Shown in pieces: positions 24,604 through 35,387 of a DNA stretch of 64,000 bases (position 1 is the first letter of the stretch; every line of letters starts with the position of its first letter). The DNA lies in assembly GCA_045639065.1 (NCBI GenBank), contig JAZUCK010000017.1, forward strand, positions 5,752-69,751, given 5' to 3'. The notes beneath the pieces were generated by a model. The model was not told where the DNA came from and did no database searches. It saw only the letters and a list, made by a program, of their open reading frames with translations. Origin of the DNA: Alphaproteobacteria bacterium. Its GTDB lineage: Bacteria; Pseudomonadota; Alphaproteobacteria; RF32; CAG-239. A program made the translations under genes and the position numbers.

Positions 24604-25515
24604 TTATTTTAAGTTAAACACACGAATCGGCGAAATACGAGTTTCTTCAATTCGTACCAAGGCAACCGCTTCATCATTTAAGGTGGCTATTACATCTTGA
24701 CCGACAATGTTTGCAATGTCATAGGTCTTTGGTGATATTTTTTGCCCCATGCGAAGTTTGGCTGCGTCTTCTTCCCGTACGGCAATCACCGTGATGTCGC
24801 ACAGTGATGTCAAAAGGGGAAGTAATTGACTTTGGCGTTCGCCAATATAGCTCATATTTTTTAAAGATTCCAGTAAAATCGTATCAGAAAGGTCAAATTT
24901 TGCGCATTTTGTACGTCTTAGTGCTGTTAAATGGCCGAAAGAGCCAAGCTTTTGGGCAATATCAGCACCTAAAGTTCGGACGTAAGTGCCTTTTGAGCAT
25001 AATACTCGAAATTTATATTCATCAGCAGAGAGAATCGATAGAAGCTCTAAGTTATATATATCAATTTTACGTTCGGGTATGGTTACATCTTGTCCTTTGC
25101 GTGCCAAATCATAAGCCCGTTGACCATTGATTTTTATTGCTGAATAGGCGGGTGGAATTTGGGTTATTTTGCCGATAAATTCGGGAATTATGTTTAAGAT
25201 GTCTTCTTTTGTCGGAATCTTGCCACCGGTTTGGGTGGTTTGTCCCGTTAAATCTAAGGTATCGGTAGTTGAGCCAAACTTTAATGTAAATTCATATTCT
25301 TTAATCCCGTCGGTAACATAGGGAATGAGTTTGGTGGCTTCTCCGAAGGCAATCGGTAAAACGCCGGTGGCAAAAGGGTCTAATGTGCCGGTGTGACCGT
25401 TTTTGGAAGCATTTAGCAAACGACGTGTTTGGTTGACGACATCTGTCGAACCAATGCCCTCTTGCTTGTCGATAATTAACCATCCATGAATAGAATCGCC
25501 CTTGCGTTTTGCCAT
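24604..25515 (-). CDS. truB: tRNA pseudouridine-55 synthase TruB
   Basis: 303 aa, with [23 protein letters not shown] containing the catalytic Asp. Confidence 0.95.
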   Translation of the reverse strand: MAKRKGDSIHGWLIIDKQEGIGSTDVVNQTRRLLNASKNGHTGTLDPFATGVLPIAFGEATKLIPYVTDGIKEYEFTLKFGSTTDTLDLTGQTTQTGGKIPTKEDILNIIPEFIGKITQIPPAYSAIKINGQRAYDLARKGQDVTIPERKIDIYNLELLSILSADEYKFRVLCSKGTYVRTLGADIAQKLGSFGHLTALRRTKCAKFDLSDTILLESLKNMSYIGERQSQLLPLLTSLCDITVIAVREEDAAKLRMGQKISPKTYDIANIVGQDVIATLNDEAVALVRIEETRISPIRVFNLK

Positions 25516-25643
25516 TTTTCCCTCTTTTGTTTATTGAAATTTGATACGTGAATTTGAACAATAAGTCAAGACAAGTCGAAAAAGCTTGCTAATGTGCTTA
25601 TTTGCGGATATACTCTTTTTATAAAACGAAAAGGAGAAAACAA

Positions 25644-26018
25644 ATGTCGGATAAAGAACCTTCACAAAGACAACTTAGAGTTGCTCAAGAAATCAGAAAA
25701 ATTATCGCCCAGTTTATTGACAGAGGCGAGGTCAGAAATTTGGAAGGGCTCGATACTTTGGTTACCGTTACAAAAGTTACGGTTTCGCCTGATTTGAAAT
25801 ATTGCAGTGTTTGGTTTATTACATCGAATAATGATGTCGTTCAGGAAGTTTTGGGCGGGTTGCAGTTGGCTGCTAACTATTTTAGAAAACAAGTGGCACA
25901 AAAAACTTCATTGCGCTATGTGCCGGAAATTAACTTTAGGGTTGATAAGTCTTTTGAAGAAGTCGATAAAATCGAAAAATTGCTTCATGATCCGCACGTT
26001 GCTCAAGATTTGAAATAA
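25644..26018 (+). CDS. rbfA: Ribosome-binding factor A
   Basis: Start at ATG 25644 after AAGGAGA (MSDKEPSQRQLRVAQEIRKII...). RbfA family. Transcribed divergently from truB. Confidence 0.9.
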   Translation: MSDKEPSQRQLRVAQEIRKIIAQFIDRGEVRNLEGLDTLVTVTKVTVSPDLKYCSVWFITSNNDVVQEVLGGLQLAANYFRKQVAQKTSLRYVPEINFRVDKSFEEVDKIEKLLHDPHVAQDLK

Positions 26019-26021
26019 AAA

Positions 26022-26056
26022 AATAAAAGGCTTTGAAAAAATCAAAGCCTTTTTTT
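26022..26056. terminator. Bidirectional terminator between rbfA and fabG
   Basis: AAAGGCTTTGA-aaaaa-TCAAAGCCTTT followed by TTTT. Confidence 0.8.
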
Positions 26057-26076
26057 GATGTTTGCATATTAGCAAA

Positions 26077-26814
26077 TTAAATCATTGCCATACCGCCGTT
26101 GATGTTGATTGTTTGACCAGTGATGTATTGTGATTCATCAGAAGCCAAAAATGCAACAACATTGGCAATATCTTGAGCTTCGCCGAGTTTGCCTTCGGGA
26201 ATTTTGGCCAAAAGGGCTGTTTTTACATCTTCTGGTAAAACGTCGGTCATAGGTGTGCGAATGAATCCCGGTGCGATAGAATTTACGGTAATACCTCGAG
26301 AAGCTACTTCTTGTGCTAGGCATTTGTTCATGGCAATCATACCACCTTTTGATGCAGCATAGTTGGCTTGACCGGGGTTACCCATAACGCCAACAACCGA
26401 AGCAATACCAATGATACGACCAAAGCGACGTTTCATCATACCTCTGATTACGCCACGAGCCAATTTGAAGCCGGCGGTAAGGTTTACGTCCAATACTAAT
26501 TGCCATTCGTCATCGCTCATACGCATAAACAAATTATCACGTGTAAGACCGGCATTGTTTACTAAAATGTCGATTTGACCGAATTTTGCTTCAACATCGG
26601 CAACAAGTTGTTTGATAGCTTCGGCGTCGGAAAGGTTAGCAACAAAAAATTCTACATCGCCACCTAATTCAGCTTTTAATTTTTCCATAGGTTCGGCACG
26701 CATATCTGTTAAGGCAAGTTTTGCACCTTGAGCATGAAGTGTACGAGCAATCTTGTCTCCAAGTCCGCCGGCAGCACCGGTAATTAAAGCAACTTTTCCA
26801 TCTAATCTAAACAT
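26077..26814 (-). CDS. fabG: 3-oxoacyl-[ACP] reductase FabG
   Basis: 245 aa. ITGAAGGLG, NNAGLTRD, YAASKGG and GITVNSIAPGFI motifs. Confidence 0.9.
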   Translation of the reverse strand: MFRLDGKVALITGAAGGLGDKIARTLHAQGAKLALTDMRAEPMEKLKAELGGDVEFFVANLSDAEAIKQLVADVEAKFGQIDILVNNAGLTRDNLFMRMSDDEWQLVLDVNLTAGFKLARGVIRGMMKRRFGRIIGIASVVGVMGNPGQANYAASKGGMIAMNKCLAQEVASRGITVNSIAPGFIRTPMTDVLPEDVKTALLAKIPEGKLGEAQDIANVVAFLASDESQYITGQTININGGMAMI

Positions 26815-26974
26815 ATGTTTTTCCTCTTAAATAGTTTTTGACTGAATTTAAATTGATTTAAGATGAAAAAAAAGTCAAGTATTTTGCTTAACTTATAAAA
26901 TAATTAAGGGATTGTTGACAATTTGGCTTTATAATTTGAACGAGTTGGATTTTTTTTAAGCAAAAGAGAAAAAA

Positions 26975-29248
26975 ATGGCTAAGAGAAAAAAACAAAAATC
27001 AATGGTGGCAAAATTTGCGGTACTCGGTTTGGGTGTTGCTTTGGTTTGTGTCGGTATTGCTCTGCTGTTGGCTTGCGTATCATATAATCCGTATGATAGC
27101 GGATATAACAATGCTAATTCACGAGAAATTACTAACTGGCTCGGGGCTTTTGGTGCATACGGTGCTTCATGGATTTTGGGATGGTTTGGTTTAGCTTTGC
27201 CTGTTTTTCTTATAGCTCCGATTGTTTGGGGTTATGAAATTATAAGATATAAGGTTTTTATGCAATCTTGGGGCAGAATAACAGCTTTTGTTTGTGGTAG
27301 TGTATTTTTAGCAATCTGCTTAAACTTATGTTTCGGAAGAGTAGGGTTATTTGATGTAGGTGGTGACATAGGTGTATTTTTCTCCCGCAATATTTTGACA
27401 GTTGTAAATAAATCGATAACTTTTGCTTATAGCACCTATGCTTTAATTTTTATATGCTTTGTTTTATGTTTTATTTCTTTTAATTATGCTTGTGGAATTA
27501 CTTTTGGTGCGTGGGGCAGGTTAATTAAGAAAATAATAATGGCAGTGGCTTTTGTGTTAGGCTTTTTTGTTTCAAAAATTGCAGCTTTTTGGAAGTTTTT
27601 GGGTGGCAGAAAAAACAGTAAAAAAGCTCAAAGATCGCAACGAGTTAAAAAAGAGCCTAAAATAAGAGAAGAAAAACCGGTTAAAATTCAAAAGAAAGAA
27701 CAAGAAATTAGAATTGCTAAGCCGATGAAGGTTGTCGATGACGGATATGAGCTTCCCGATATAAATCTTTTATCGGTTTCTAAAGATAAAAATACTAATC
27801 ATGTCAGCCAAAAAGAATTGGATAAAATAGCTTCTAAATTGGAAGAGGTTTTGCAAGAGTTCGGGGTTATCGGAAAGATTGTACAAATCAGACCGGGACC
27901 GGTGGTAACTTTGTATGAGCTTGAACCGGCTCCGGGTACAAAAATGGCCAGAGTTATCGGTTTGTCTGATGATATTGCTCGTTCGATGAGTGCGGTTTCG
28001 GTTCGTATTGCTGTTGTGCCGGGGTCTAATACCATAGGTATAGAAATGCCGAATCCAACACGTGAAATTGTTTATTTACGTGAACTTTTAGAAAGTGAAG
28101 AGTTTAGAACATCTAAAGCCAATCTTACTATTAGTTTGGGTAAGGATATCGGCGGTAAAAATACTTATGCCGATTTGGCTAAAATGCCTCACTTGTTGGT
28201 TGCTGGTACTACCGGTTCGGGTAAGTCGGTTGGTGTAAACTCTATGATTATTTCACTGCTTTATAAAATGAGACCGGAAGAATGTAAGCTTATTATGATT
28301 GACCCGAAAATGCTTGAATTTACTATGTATAATGGTATTCCGCATCTTTTAACACCGGTTATTACCGATCCGGCAAAAGCGGTTATAGGTTTGAAATGGG
28401 CTGTGAAGGAAATGGAAGACAGATATCGCGCCATGGCACAGCTGAATGTTCGAAATATTACCGGTTATAATCAGCGATTGGAAGAACTGCGTGAAAATAG
28501 AGAAAAAGTATCAAGAAGAGTTCAAACAGGGTTTGATATGGAAACCGGTCGTCCGATATACGAAGAGCAAGAGCTTGACTTGACGCCAATGCCATATATT
28601 GTGATTGTGGTTGACGAAATGGCTGATTTAATGCTAGTTGCAGGCAAAGATGTGGAAGCTGCAATTCAAAGACTTGCTCAAATGGCTCGTGCTGCCGGTA
28701 TTCACCTTATTATGTCAACACAAAGACCTTCGGTTGATGTTATTACCGGTACGATTAAAGCTAACTTCCCGACCAGAATAAGCTATCAGGTTACTTCAAA
28801 AATTGATAGCCGTACTATTTTGGGTGAGCAAGGTGCCGAACAATTGCTTGGTATGGGTGATATGCTTTATATGCCGGCAGGTCAAAGACCAAGACGTGTT
28901 CATGCTCCCTTTGTAAAAGATAGTGAAGTCGAAAAAATCGTTGAGTTTTTGAAAAATCAAAGACAGCCTGAATATGTTGAAGCGGTTACTGAAGGAGAAC
29001 TCAGCGATGGTAAATCTTCAGGTGGCGGAGCTGTGTTTGATAATACCTCTATGGGTGGCAGTTCAAGCGATGAAGATTTGTATAACCAAGCAGTTGAAAT
29101 TGTACGAAATGATAAAAAAGCATCTATTTCATATATTCAAAGACGCTTGCGTATAGGTTACAATCGTGCAGCTTCTATTATTGAGAGAATGGAAGATGAA
29201 GGCATAGTTTCTAAAACTGACCATGTCGGAAGACGCGAAGTTTTATAG
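26975..29248 (+). CDS. ftsK: DNA translocase FtsK
   Basis: 757 aa. N-terminal TM segments, Walker A GTTGSGKSV, Walker B IVIVVDEMADLM and a C-terminal winged-helix gamma domain (ISYIQRRLRIGYNRAASIIE). Confidence 0.95.
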   Translation: MAKRKKQKSMVAKFAVLGLGVALVCVGIALLLACVSYNPYDSGYNNANSREITNWLGAFGAYGASWILGWFGLALPVFLIAPIVWGYEIIRYKVFMQSWGRITAFVCGSVFLAICLNLCFGRVGLFDVGGDIGVFFSRNILTVVNKSITFAYSTYALIFICFVLCFISFNYACGITFGAWGRLIKKIIMAVAFVLGFFVSKIAAFWKFLGGRKNSKKAQRSQRVKKEPKIREEKPVKIQKKEQEIRIAKPMKVVDDGYELPDINLLSVSKDKNTNHVSQKELDKIASKLEEVLQEFGVIGKIVQIRPGPVVTLYELEPAPGTKMARVIGLSDDIARSMSAVSVRIAVVPGSNTIGIEMPNPTREIVYLRELLESEEFRTSKANLTISLGKDIGGKNTYADLAKMPHLLVAGTTGSGKSVGVNSMIISLLYKMRPEECKLIMIDPKMLEFTMYNGIPHLLTPVITDPAKAVIGLKWAVKEMEDRYRAMAQLNVRNITGYNQRLEELRENREKVSRRVQTGFDMETGRPIYEEQELDLTPMPYIVIVVDEMADLMLVAGKDVEAAIQRLAQMARAAGIHLIMSTQRPSVDVITGTIKANFPTRISYQVTSKIDSRTILGEQGAEQLLGMGDMLYMPAGQRPRRVHAPFVKDSEVEKIVEFLKNQRQPEYVEAVTEGELSDGKSSGGGAVFDNTSMGGSSSDEDLYNQAVEIVRNDKKASISYIQRRLRIGYNRAASIIERMEDEGIVSKTDHVGRREVL

Positions 29249-29953
29249 ATTGATAAATTCCTCTAAACTGTTTGCTTGTAAGTAAGGATTGCAAAGTTTT
29301 TCTTCTCTTAAAGTAAAGGGAAAAACGTGTCCTGTGGTGTCTAAATTTGATTTAGCCTTGGTTAGGTATTTTATGATATCTTCGCTTGCCTGATTGTGAT
29401 GATATGCAAAATTAGCGGCAGAAAAGGTATATTCGTGTCCAGGGTAAAACAAAACATCATCAGGTAGGGCTTTTATTTTTGATAATGCTTCAAACATTTG
29501 TTTTGGTGTTCCCTCAAAAAGTCCTCCGATACAAAGGTTGAATAATGTGTCGCCGGTAAATAAGACTTTGTCTTTTTCAAAATAGTATAAAATATGTCCT
29601 TGGGTGTGAGCAGAAACATCAATGATTTGGGCAACGGAATCGCCAAGGCTAAAATTTTGTCCGTCTTCGATAAATATTTCGGCACCTTTAATGCGATGTT
29701 TGTCAGCTTGGTTACAAACAATTTTGGCTTTGTATTTTTTTGCTAATTCTAAATTGCCATCGGTGTGGTCAAAATGATGATGAGTATTTAAGATATATTG
29801 AGGATTTATACCAAGCTCATCACATTTTTTTATTATCGGCGCAACTTCGGACGGATCAATAACAGCTGAAATATTTGTGTCACTGTCAGTTATGATATAA
29901 GAGTAGTTGTCCATTTGACCGGCACGGCATAAGACATGGTTAATCTTTAGCAT
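29243..29953 (-). CDS. gloB: Hydroxyacylglutathione hydrolase / MBL-fold hydrolase
   Basis: THHHFDHTDGN metal-binding motif. Start taken at ATG 29953 (MLKINHV...), directly after the stop of the upstream gene. Confidence 0.85.
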   Translation of the reverse strand: MLKINHVLCRAGQMDNYSYIITDSDTNISAVIDPSEVAPIIKKCDELGINPQYILNTHHHFDHTDGNLELAKKYKAKIVCNQADKHRIKGAEIFIEDGQNFSLGDSVAQIIDVSAHTQGHILYYFEKDKVLFTGDTLFNLCIGGLFEGTPKQMFEALSKIKALPDDVLFYPGHEYTFSAANFAYHHNQASEDIIKYLTKAKSNLDTTGHVFPFTLREEKLCNPYLQANSLEEFINL

Positions 29954-29954
29954 T

Positions 29955-31643
29955 TTATAAAATCTCCTCAATATTTATTTCGTCTATTTGTGATGCTTGG
30001 AGGTATTCTTTAGCGTAATCAATATATATATCATTTTTAATAAATATATTATATAAGTCGGCATCAAGTAGACCTGAATTTTTTTGAGATTGCATAATTT
30101 TTAGTATCTCAGAGAGTTTTTTTGTTTCATTGTATGGCGTTTCTGAAGAGCTTAGCTGTTCAAAAACAGAGGCAAAAGCTATGATTTTGCCAAGTGTTGT
30201 GTTTTTGGAATAATCTTGCTTTTTGTTGTTTTTTTCTTCTTTCATAATATTTTTATGAGTTTTTACAATTTCTACAATATCGGAATATTCTTGCGGAAAA
30301 GGAATATCAGATAGTATATCTAAGGTATTTGAAGCTTGCTCTTTGATTTTGTTTTTTTCAACTTCGTTTAATGTTCCTCTCATAACTTTTAAATTAAATT
30401 TTTCTCCGTTATGGAAAGGTGCTTTGGTGTGTTCTAATCTGTCTTGCAACAAATTTTCGATTTCAGGCTTGTTTGCCGTTTCGATAGAGATGTTTTGCAA
30501 GTCGTCTTTTGATAAGCCGACTGTTCTGCTGAAGTAACGTGTATAGGTTTGTGAAGCAATTTCATCTATTTTGCTTAAGTCATCGTTTGTAAGTTCTTGG
30601 TTTGAAATATTGCACTTGCCTATAAAATCAAAATCGTCATGTAATTTTTTTACTTTTTCAATAAATTCTGACTGTAATGTTTCTTTATCAGCAACGTTAT
30701 TTAAACGTTTTTGCAAATAGTCAATATGAGCATCGCGGCGCAGGATTTCAAATCGATTTCTAATTTCATGTATTCGGTTAGTACAAGTTTCCAATTTTGA
30801 GGATTTATTTAAAATATAGTCAGGAATAACTGTTTTTCCGCAGTCATGCAATAATGAGGATATGTTTAAGATATTCCAATCATTATCATTCATTTCAAAA
30901 TCTTTATAAGGACCATCATTAGTGGTTGTGGCTGCAATTGCAAGCATTTGAGCTATGATGGGAACTTTGCGGTTGTGCGATGCGGTATGCGGTGATTTTG
31001 AATAAATAATTTTTGATAGAACAGATATAAAACTTTCGATAAATTGATGGTATATTTCTTTTTGCTGGTTTCTTTCCATTAGTATGGCTATCAGTTGGCA
31101 GATTGCTGATATTCGTTTTTGTATGGTTTCTGAAAAGTTTGTAATTTTGCCTGAAGAGGTTTGAGGATTTAGAAATTGAAGAATGGAAAGAAGACGACCA
31201 TTGCTGTCAGACAATGGAATTGTCAGTAAAGATACGCTGTTATAGTCATAATCCAAATCAAACTTTTTCAAATTGGTTGTGTCAATATCCGGTTCACTAT
31301 AGATATTTGGTGTATTTATAATATCATTGTTGCCGGCGCAAACTTCTATAGGACGTTTTAGTTTTTTATTTTTTATATCAGGGATATATGTTGGCGGAAA
31401 AAGTCTGTCACAAGCAGAACCTTTAATTTCTAACTTTAATGATTTTATGTGCAAATATTCCAAATGGATATATTTTGAAGGAGTTATATTATATAAAAAA
31501 TAGCCGTCGGAATTGCTGATATTTGCTGCAAATACCAAAGTTTCAAGAATGATATCTTGAACTTTTTTCTTATCTTGCATTGATGTAAGCAATGAGAATA
31601 TATTTTCAAATTCTGTCTCGTCTATCAAAATAAAATACCCCAT
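29955..31643 (-). CDS. HD-domain phosphohydrolase (HD-GYP-like, apparently degenerate) with an N-terminal sensor (GAF-like?) region
   Basis: 562 aa. HTASHNRKVPIIAQMLA...LLHDCGKTVIPDYILNKSSKLE matches the HD-GYP core pattern (H..H.RV...HDxGK..IP..IL.K..KL). I cannot find the HHE...GYP part. Confidence 0.65.
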   Translation of the reverse strand: MGYFILIDETEFENIFSLLTSMQDKKKVQDIILETLVFAANISNSDGYFLYNITPSKYIHLEYLHIKSLKLEIKGSACDRLFPPTYIPDIKNKKLKRPIEVCAGNNDIINTPNIYSEPDIDTTNLKKFDLDYDYNSVSLLTIPLSDSNGRLLSILQFLNPQTSSGKITNFSETIQKRISAICQLIAILMERNQQKEIYHQFIESFISVLSKIIYSKSPHTASHNRKVPIIAQMLAIAATTTNDGPYKDFEMNDNDWNILNISSLLHDCGKTVIPDYILNKSSKLETCTNRIHEIRNRFEILRRDAHIDYLQKRLNNVADKETLQSEFIEKVKKLHDDFDFIGKCNISNQELTNDDLSKIDEIASQTYTRYFSRTVGLSKDDLQNISIETANKPEIENLLQDRLEHTKAPFHNGEKFNLKVMRGTLNEVEKNKIKEQASNTLDILSDIPFPQEYSDIVEIVKTHKNIMKEEKNNKKQDYSKNTTLGKIIAFASVFEQLSSSETPYNETKKLSEILKIMQSQKNSGLLDADLYNIFIKNDIYIDYAKEYLQASQIDEINIEEIL

Positions 31644-31695
31644 TAGATAACTGATAATGGGGTAATTTTATATCTTTTATAAAAAAAAGCTATAG

Positions 31696-32805
31696 CTAAT
31701 TGATTTTTGAGACCAAATATTTAATATCATCAGAGCTTAAGTCTTCATTGTCTTTTATATAGCTTAAAATTCGCTCAACAACTTTGTGTCCGAATGCTTT
31801 TTTGTTAGAGCGACCACAATCAAATTTAATTTCGCGAACTATTTTAAGTGCTGAAAAGATAGCCGGAAACATCGATTTTGGAATGAATGCTTTACGAAGA
31901 AGGTTGCGCACCAAGAAATCGGCTTGATTGTTGAACAGAATTTTACGAACTTCTGAAATCGGAGTTTCGGAAAGGTATACAATAGCATATTCAAAGAAGG
32001 TCAGATCGCCGAGGCAAATAGCTCTGGTAATAAGGCCTGATGTCAAGCGGTTTGCTTTATATAGCTGGTGAACCAATTCTTCTATTTGTTGGTCTGTAGA
32101 ATATTCTTCAGAGATATTTAGGGTTATTTTTTCTTTAACTTCTTCTACTAAATTAGATGCTAAATCTTTTGGAAGATTGTGATTTAAAATAAGGTGGTTT
32201 TTTAACTTATACGATAGTTGATCGACGATTTTTTCAATAATCGAGACGGGTATTTCGGAGCGATATATAATACGGGTTTTTATTTCTTCGTTCTTTGGGT
32301 ATTTGTTGACGATAGTTTCAAAAGTTTCTTCTTTTATATCGGCTCCTTCGTTTGAAACCAAATAACTTACCACATCTGATGAGCATGTTTTGACAATGTG
32401 GTCAGAGACGTTTGAAGATACAATCGGACGAGAGGCAACAGCTTTTTGGCGTTCTACGTTCTGAGAATCGATAATCTTTATAAGGTCCTCATCAGTAAGA
32501 GATGAGTAATATTGAATAAACGGAAGAGCAATACTATCAGTATCTTTTAAGATATTTTCGACAACATCTTTAGGTAGGTCTGTACAATTTTTCAAACTGC
32601 TTGATAAAGCTTCACGAACTTTTGTCTCAGTATCTCTAATCATGATTCTGAAAATGTCTTCGGCCAGCTTTATTGCTGTAGGAGTGATTGCGCGAGAGTT
32701 ATAGACGGCACTTATTTTTTTGGCAATTAATCCTTTGTTTTCAACAGACGGATTTTGAGCTAATTCCGCAATATCGTGGCTGTTTAAGCTGTCGTCTTCA
32801 ATCAT
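31696..32805 (-). CDS. DUF2336-family protein (HEAT-like helical repeats)
   Basis: 369 aa, all-helical. ...ETKVREALSSSLKNCTDLPKDVVENILKDTDSIALPFIQYSSLTDEDLIKII resembles alphaproteobacterial DUF2336 proteins. The call is from memory of the family. Confidence 0.6.
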   Translation of the reverse strand: MIEDDSLNSHDIAELAQNPSVENKGLIAKKISAVYNSRAITPTAIKLAEDIFRIMIRDTETKVREALSSSLKNCTDLPKDVVENILKDTDSIALPFIQYYSSLTDEDLIKIIDSQNVERQKAVASRPIVSSNVSDHIVKTCSSDVVSYLVSNEGADIKEETFETIVNKYPKNEEIKTRIIYRSEIPVSIIEKIVDQLSYKLKNHLILNHNLPKDLASNLVEEVKEKITLNISEEYSTDQQIEELVHQLYKANRLTSGLITRAICLGDLTFFEYAIVYLSETPISEVRKILFNNQADFLVRNLLRKAFIPKSMFPAIFSALKIVREIKFDCGRSNKKAFGHKVVERILSYIKDNEDLSSDDIKYLVSKIN

Positions 32806-32825
32806 ATTATTTTCCTAATTTCTAA

Positions 32826-33770
32826 TTATTTATTTTTTACAATATAAGCTTTGTATTTTTTTATAATGTCTTTTGGTGTGATTTTATCAGTTAATGTTGA
32901 TTTGTCAATGTCAAGCAATTCGTAGTATGCAAGAGTATAGTCAAAAATACCCGGATAATTGTGAAGATTCGAGCTTCCATAGGTGTAAGGAGCAAGCAGA
33001 TGACCAACCAGATTGTTGTTCATTTCTCGGAATTCTCTTCTGAAATTACGTAAGCTATCAAAGCTTGGTGCTGAGTTAACTTTCATAGCATAGTCTTTTA
33101 TTGAACTGTATATATCGGGGTAGACTTTTATTCGATAAGTATTATCTTCGGTTTCGCCAATAGGTTTTAAGCCTTCGGTTGTGTGCCATTCCAAAATTTT
33201 GTATAAAGAATTACCTTCTTTTACAACCCTTGATGCGCCCCAGTTAGTTTCTATAGCTGCTGCGGTTATGATTATTGATGGAGGTATCCTATCTACTCTA
33301 TTTTGCAATTCGGCAAGCAAATAAGCGTACCTGATATCGCCTTTGAAGGTTGTGTATAGGTCATATTCTTTGGCAAGCTTTTCTAAATAATCGATATCTT
33401 GTTGTGAAAATTGCTTGCCCTCGTCTATATCATCTTGAAGTTTGAGCAGTTTTCTTCTTTCGACCATAATGTCTTCGTTTAACATCAAAGCCATAGGAAT
33501 CATTATTTTTAAGAATAGGTTATTGCGTCTTGCTTCATCGGTAATTTTATCAAATCCGAGCGGAAAATTTTTTAAGAAGATACGAGGATATTTTCTATCT
33601 TTTAACATAAGATGATCTCTCGGATATCCCGCATAGTTAAGGTCTTTATGTAAAGCTTCAAGCTTTTCTACAGGAATGTCTTTTAACCACAAATCCTGAG
33701 CTTTTACTTTTAACGGTAAAAGTAGCAAAAAAAGGGCTGTAATAAAAACTTTAAGCATTGTTTTCTTCAA
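32826..33770 (-). CDS. Bax/FlgJ-like glucosaminidase-domain protein, secreted
   Basis: Signal peptide MKKTMLKVFITALFLLLLPLKVKA. ITAAAIETNWGASRVVKEGNSLYKI resembles the muramidase/glucosaminidase (Bax) motif. Confidence 0.6.
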   Translation of the reverse strand: MKKTMLKVFITALFLLLLPLKVKAQDLWLKDIPVEKLEALHKDLNYAGYPRDHLMLKDRKYPRIFLKNFPLGFDKITDEARRNNLFLKIMIPMALMLNEDIMVERRKLLKLQDDIDEGKQFSQQDIDYLEKLAKEYDLYTTFKGDIRYAYLLAELQNRVDRIPPSIIITAAAIETNWGASRVVKEGNSLYKILEWHTTEGLKPIGETEDNTYRIKVYPDIYSSIKDYAMKVNSAPSFDSLRNFRREFREMNNNLVGHLLAPYTYGSSNLHNYPGIFDYTLAYYELLDIDKSTLTDKITPKDIIKKYKAYIVKNK

Positions 33771-34287
33771 CGTTACGAACCTCTTTTACTTCGGGAATAT
33801 ATGTTTTTAAGATGCGTTCCACACCTTCTTTTAATGTACGCATTGCATAAGGACAGCCCTTGCAAGCACCTTGCATTTCGACTAATACAACGCCATTTTC
33901 AAAGCTGATAAATTTTATATCGCCACCGTCTTTTTTTACTGCCGGTCTGATACGGGCATTAAGCAATGCTTTAATTTGGTCTTCGGCATTGTTATCAGAT
34001 GTTTCATTGGCAATAATTTCTTCGCCGGTAGATAAATAATCCATGATTTCGGCAAGTATAACAGGTTTTATTTCATCCCAAGAAGCAGTATCTTGCTTAG
34101 TAACTGATATCATATCTGCTGTAATGAATAATGATGCAATACCTCCGATATCAAAAATTTGTTCGGCTAAAGGGGATTTGCGGATTGATTTTGCATCAAC
34201 AAATTCGGCAGAACCTTGTTTTAATAGTGGTTCCGGTGGAAAAAAGTTGATAACGTTTACATCAGGTGTTTCTTGGATTTCTATCAT
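33751..34287 (-). CDS. NifU/Nfu-type Fe-S cluster scaffold/carrier protein
   Basis: 178 aa. Nfu_N-like N-terminal half and a NifU C-terminal domain with CKGCPYA (CxxC). Confidence 0.85.
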   Translation of the reverse strand: MIEIQETPDVNVINFFPPEPLLKQGSAEFVDAKSIRKSPLAEQIFDIGGIASLFITADMISVTKQDTASWDEIKPVILAEIMDYLSTGEEIIANETSDNNAEDQIKALLNARIRPAVKKDGGDIKFISFENGVVLVEMQGACKGCPYAMRTLKEGVERILKTYIPEVKEVRNVEENNA

Positions 34288-34289
34288 CT

Positions 34290-35387
34290 TTATTTTATAT
34301 CCGTTGAATTGTTAAGTTTATCTATTATGTTGTTTATATTGTCTAAGGATCTGGACGCTAAATAGTTGATAGCTATCAGATGGTTCGGAGCAATTGATGA
34401 ACTCGGTGTAGCATTACGAATTATCAGAGGCTCAAATACACCTCCTTCGTTAAGCGAACTTAACATTGATGTCCATAGTTGGTAAATATCATAACGAACC
34501 ATAACATCTTTAAAATCATGGCTTAAATCACGTAAAATTTGTGAATAAGCATATAGTTTACCTTTTTGAAAGTAAAATACATCATCAGCAGAAAAATCTA
34601 CAAAAGATGTACTTTGTTCTCTGATTTGAGCTTCTGTTTTAGCAATGGTTGTTTCAAAATCTTTTTTGATAATTAGCATCATCAGTAAAAGGTTTTGGGG
34701 TGTACGATCCAAAACAGCATTACCGGAGGCTATTTCGAGGTTAAAAATGTTGTAGTTTTTGCGCCCTTTTTTATATTGAGTGTTTGATGATGTAACAGGC
34801 AGAAGTTTGTTTTGCGGAGAAAACAACCAAATATTTCCGGGATATTGCAAAAGTTTTGTTCCTTCAGTACGAGAATTACGCGCGCTATCGGACGCCTTGC
34901 TTAAAGGTACGGTGTCTATAGCGCGAGCCATTTGCGATATAGAAGACATTATCCCAAGTTGGAATGACGGCATATTATCTAAGAAATATGTCGGGAACAA
35001 AAAAGGTAAATTTGGTGTCCAAAGCTTATGATGAACTTCACGATTTATCAAATAGCTCATTGTGTCGACTGAAGCCAGTCTTCCGTCAGATATTTTTGGT
35101 TGATAGTCACCGGAAGTGTCAATATCATTTATGATTAAACTGCCGATAGGATAGTATAAAAACACGATGCAGAATAAAATAATTAAAACAACTTGCCACC
35201 AAGATGTAATTTTTGATTTTAGGTATGCCAAAGTTTTATCATAGAAGTTTTTTACAACTTCAAAACATTTTTTTATATAGGGTAATACCTTGTTTATATA
35301 AGGCTTTGCTTTTTCTACATAAGGATTTAGTTTCTTTATGTATGGTTTTAATTTCTTTGTAAGTTGCTCAATTTTTTTCTTTGGCAT
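34290..35387 (-). CDS. Membrane-anchored protein, DUF2333-like
   Basis: 365 aa. The N-terminus carries four PY(I/V)xK heptads (KPYIKKLNPYVEKAKPYINKVLPYIKK) followed by one TM segment. ...YFLDNMPSFQLGI... resembles DUF2333. Low certainty. Confidence 0.5.
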   Translation of the reverse strand: MPKKKIEQLTKKLKPYIKKLNPYVEKAKPYINKVLPYIKKCFEVVKNFYDKTLAYLKSKITSWWQVVLIILFCIVFLYYPIGSLIINDIDTSGDYQPKISDGRLASVDTMSYLINREVHHKLWTPNLPFLFPTYFLDNMPSFQLGIMSSISQMARAIDTVPLSKASDSARNSRTEGTKLLQYPGNIWLFSPQNKLLPVTSSNTQYKKGRKNYNIFNLEIASGNAVLDRTPQNLLLMMLIIKKDFETTIAKTEAQIREQSTSFVDFSADDVFYFQKGKLYAYSQILRDLSHDFKDVMVRYDIYQLWTSMLSSLNEGGVFEPLIIRNATPSSSIAPNHLIAINYLASRSLDNINNIIDKLNNSTDIK

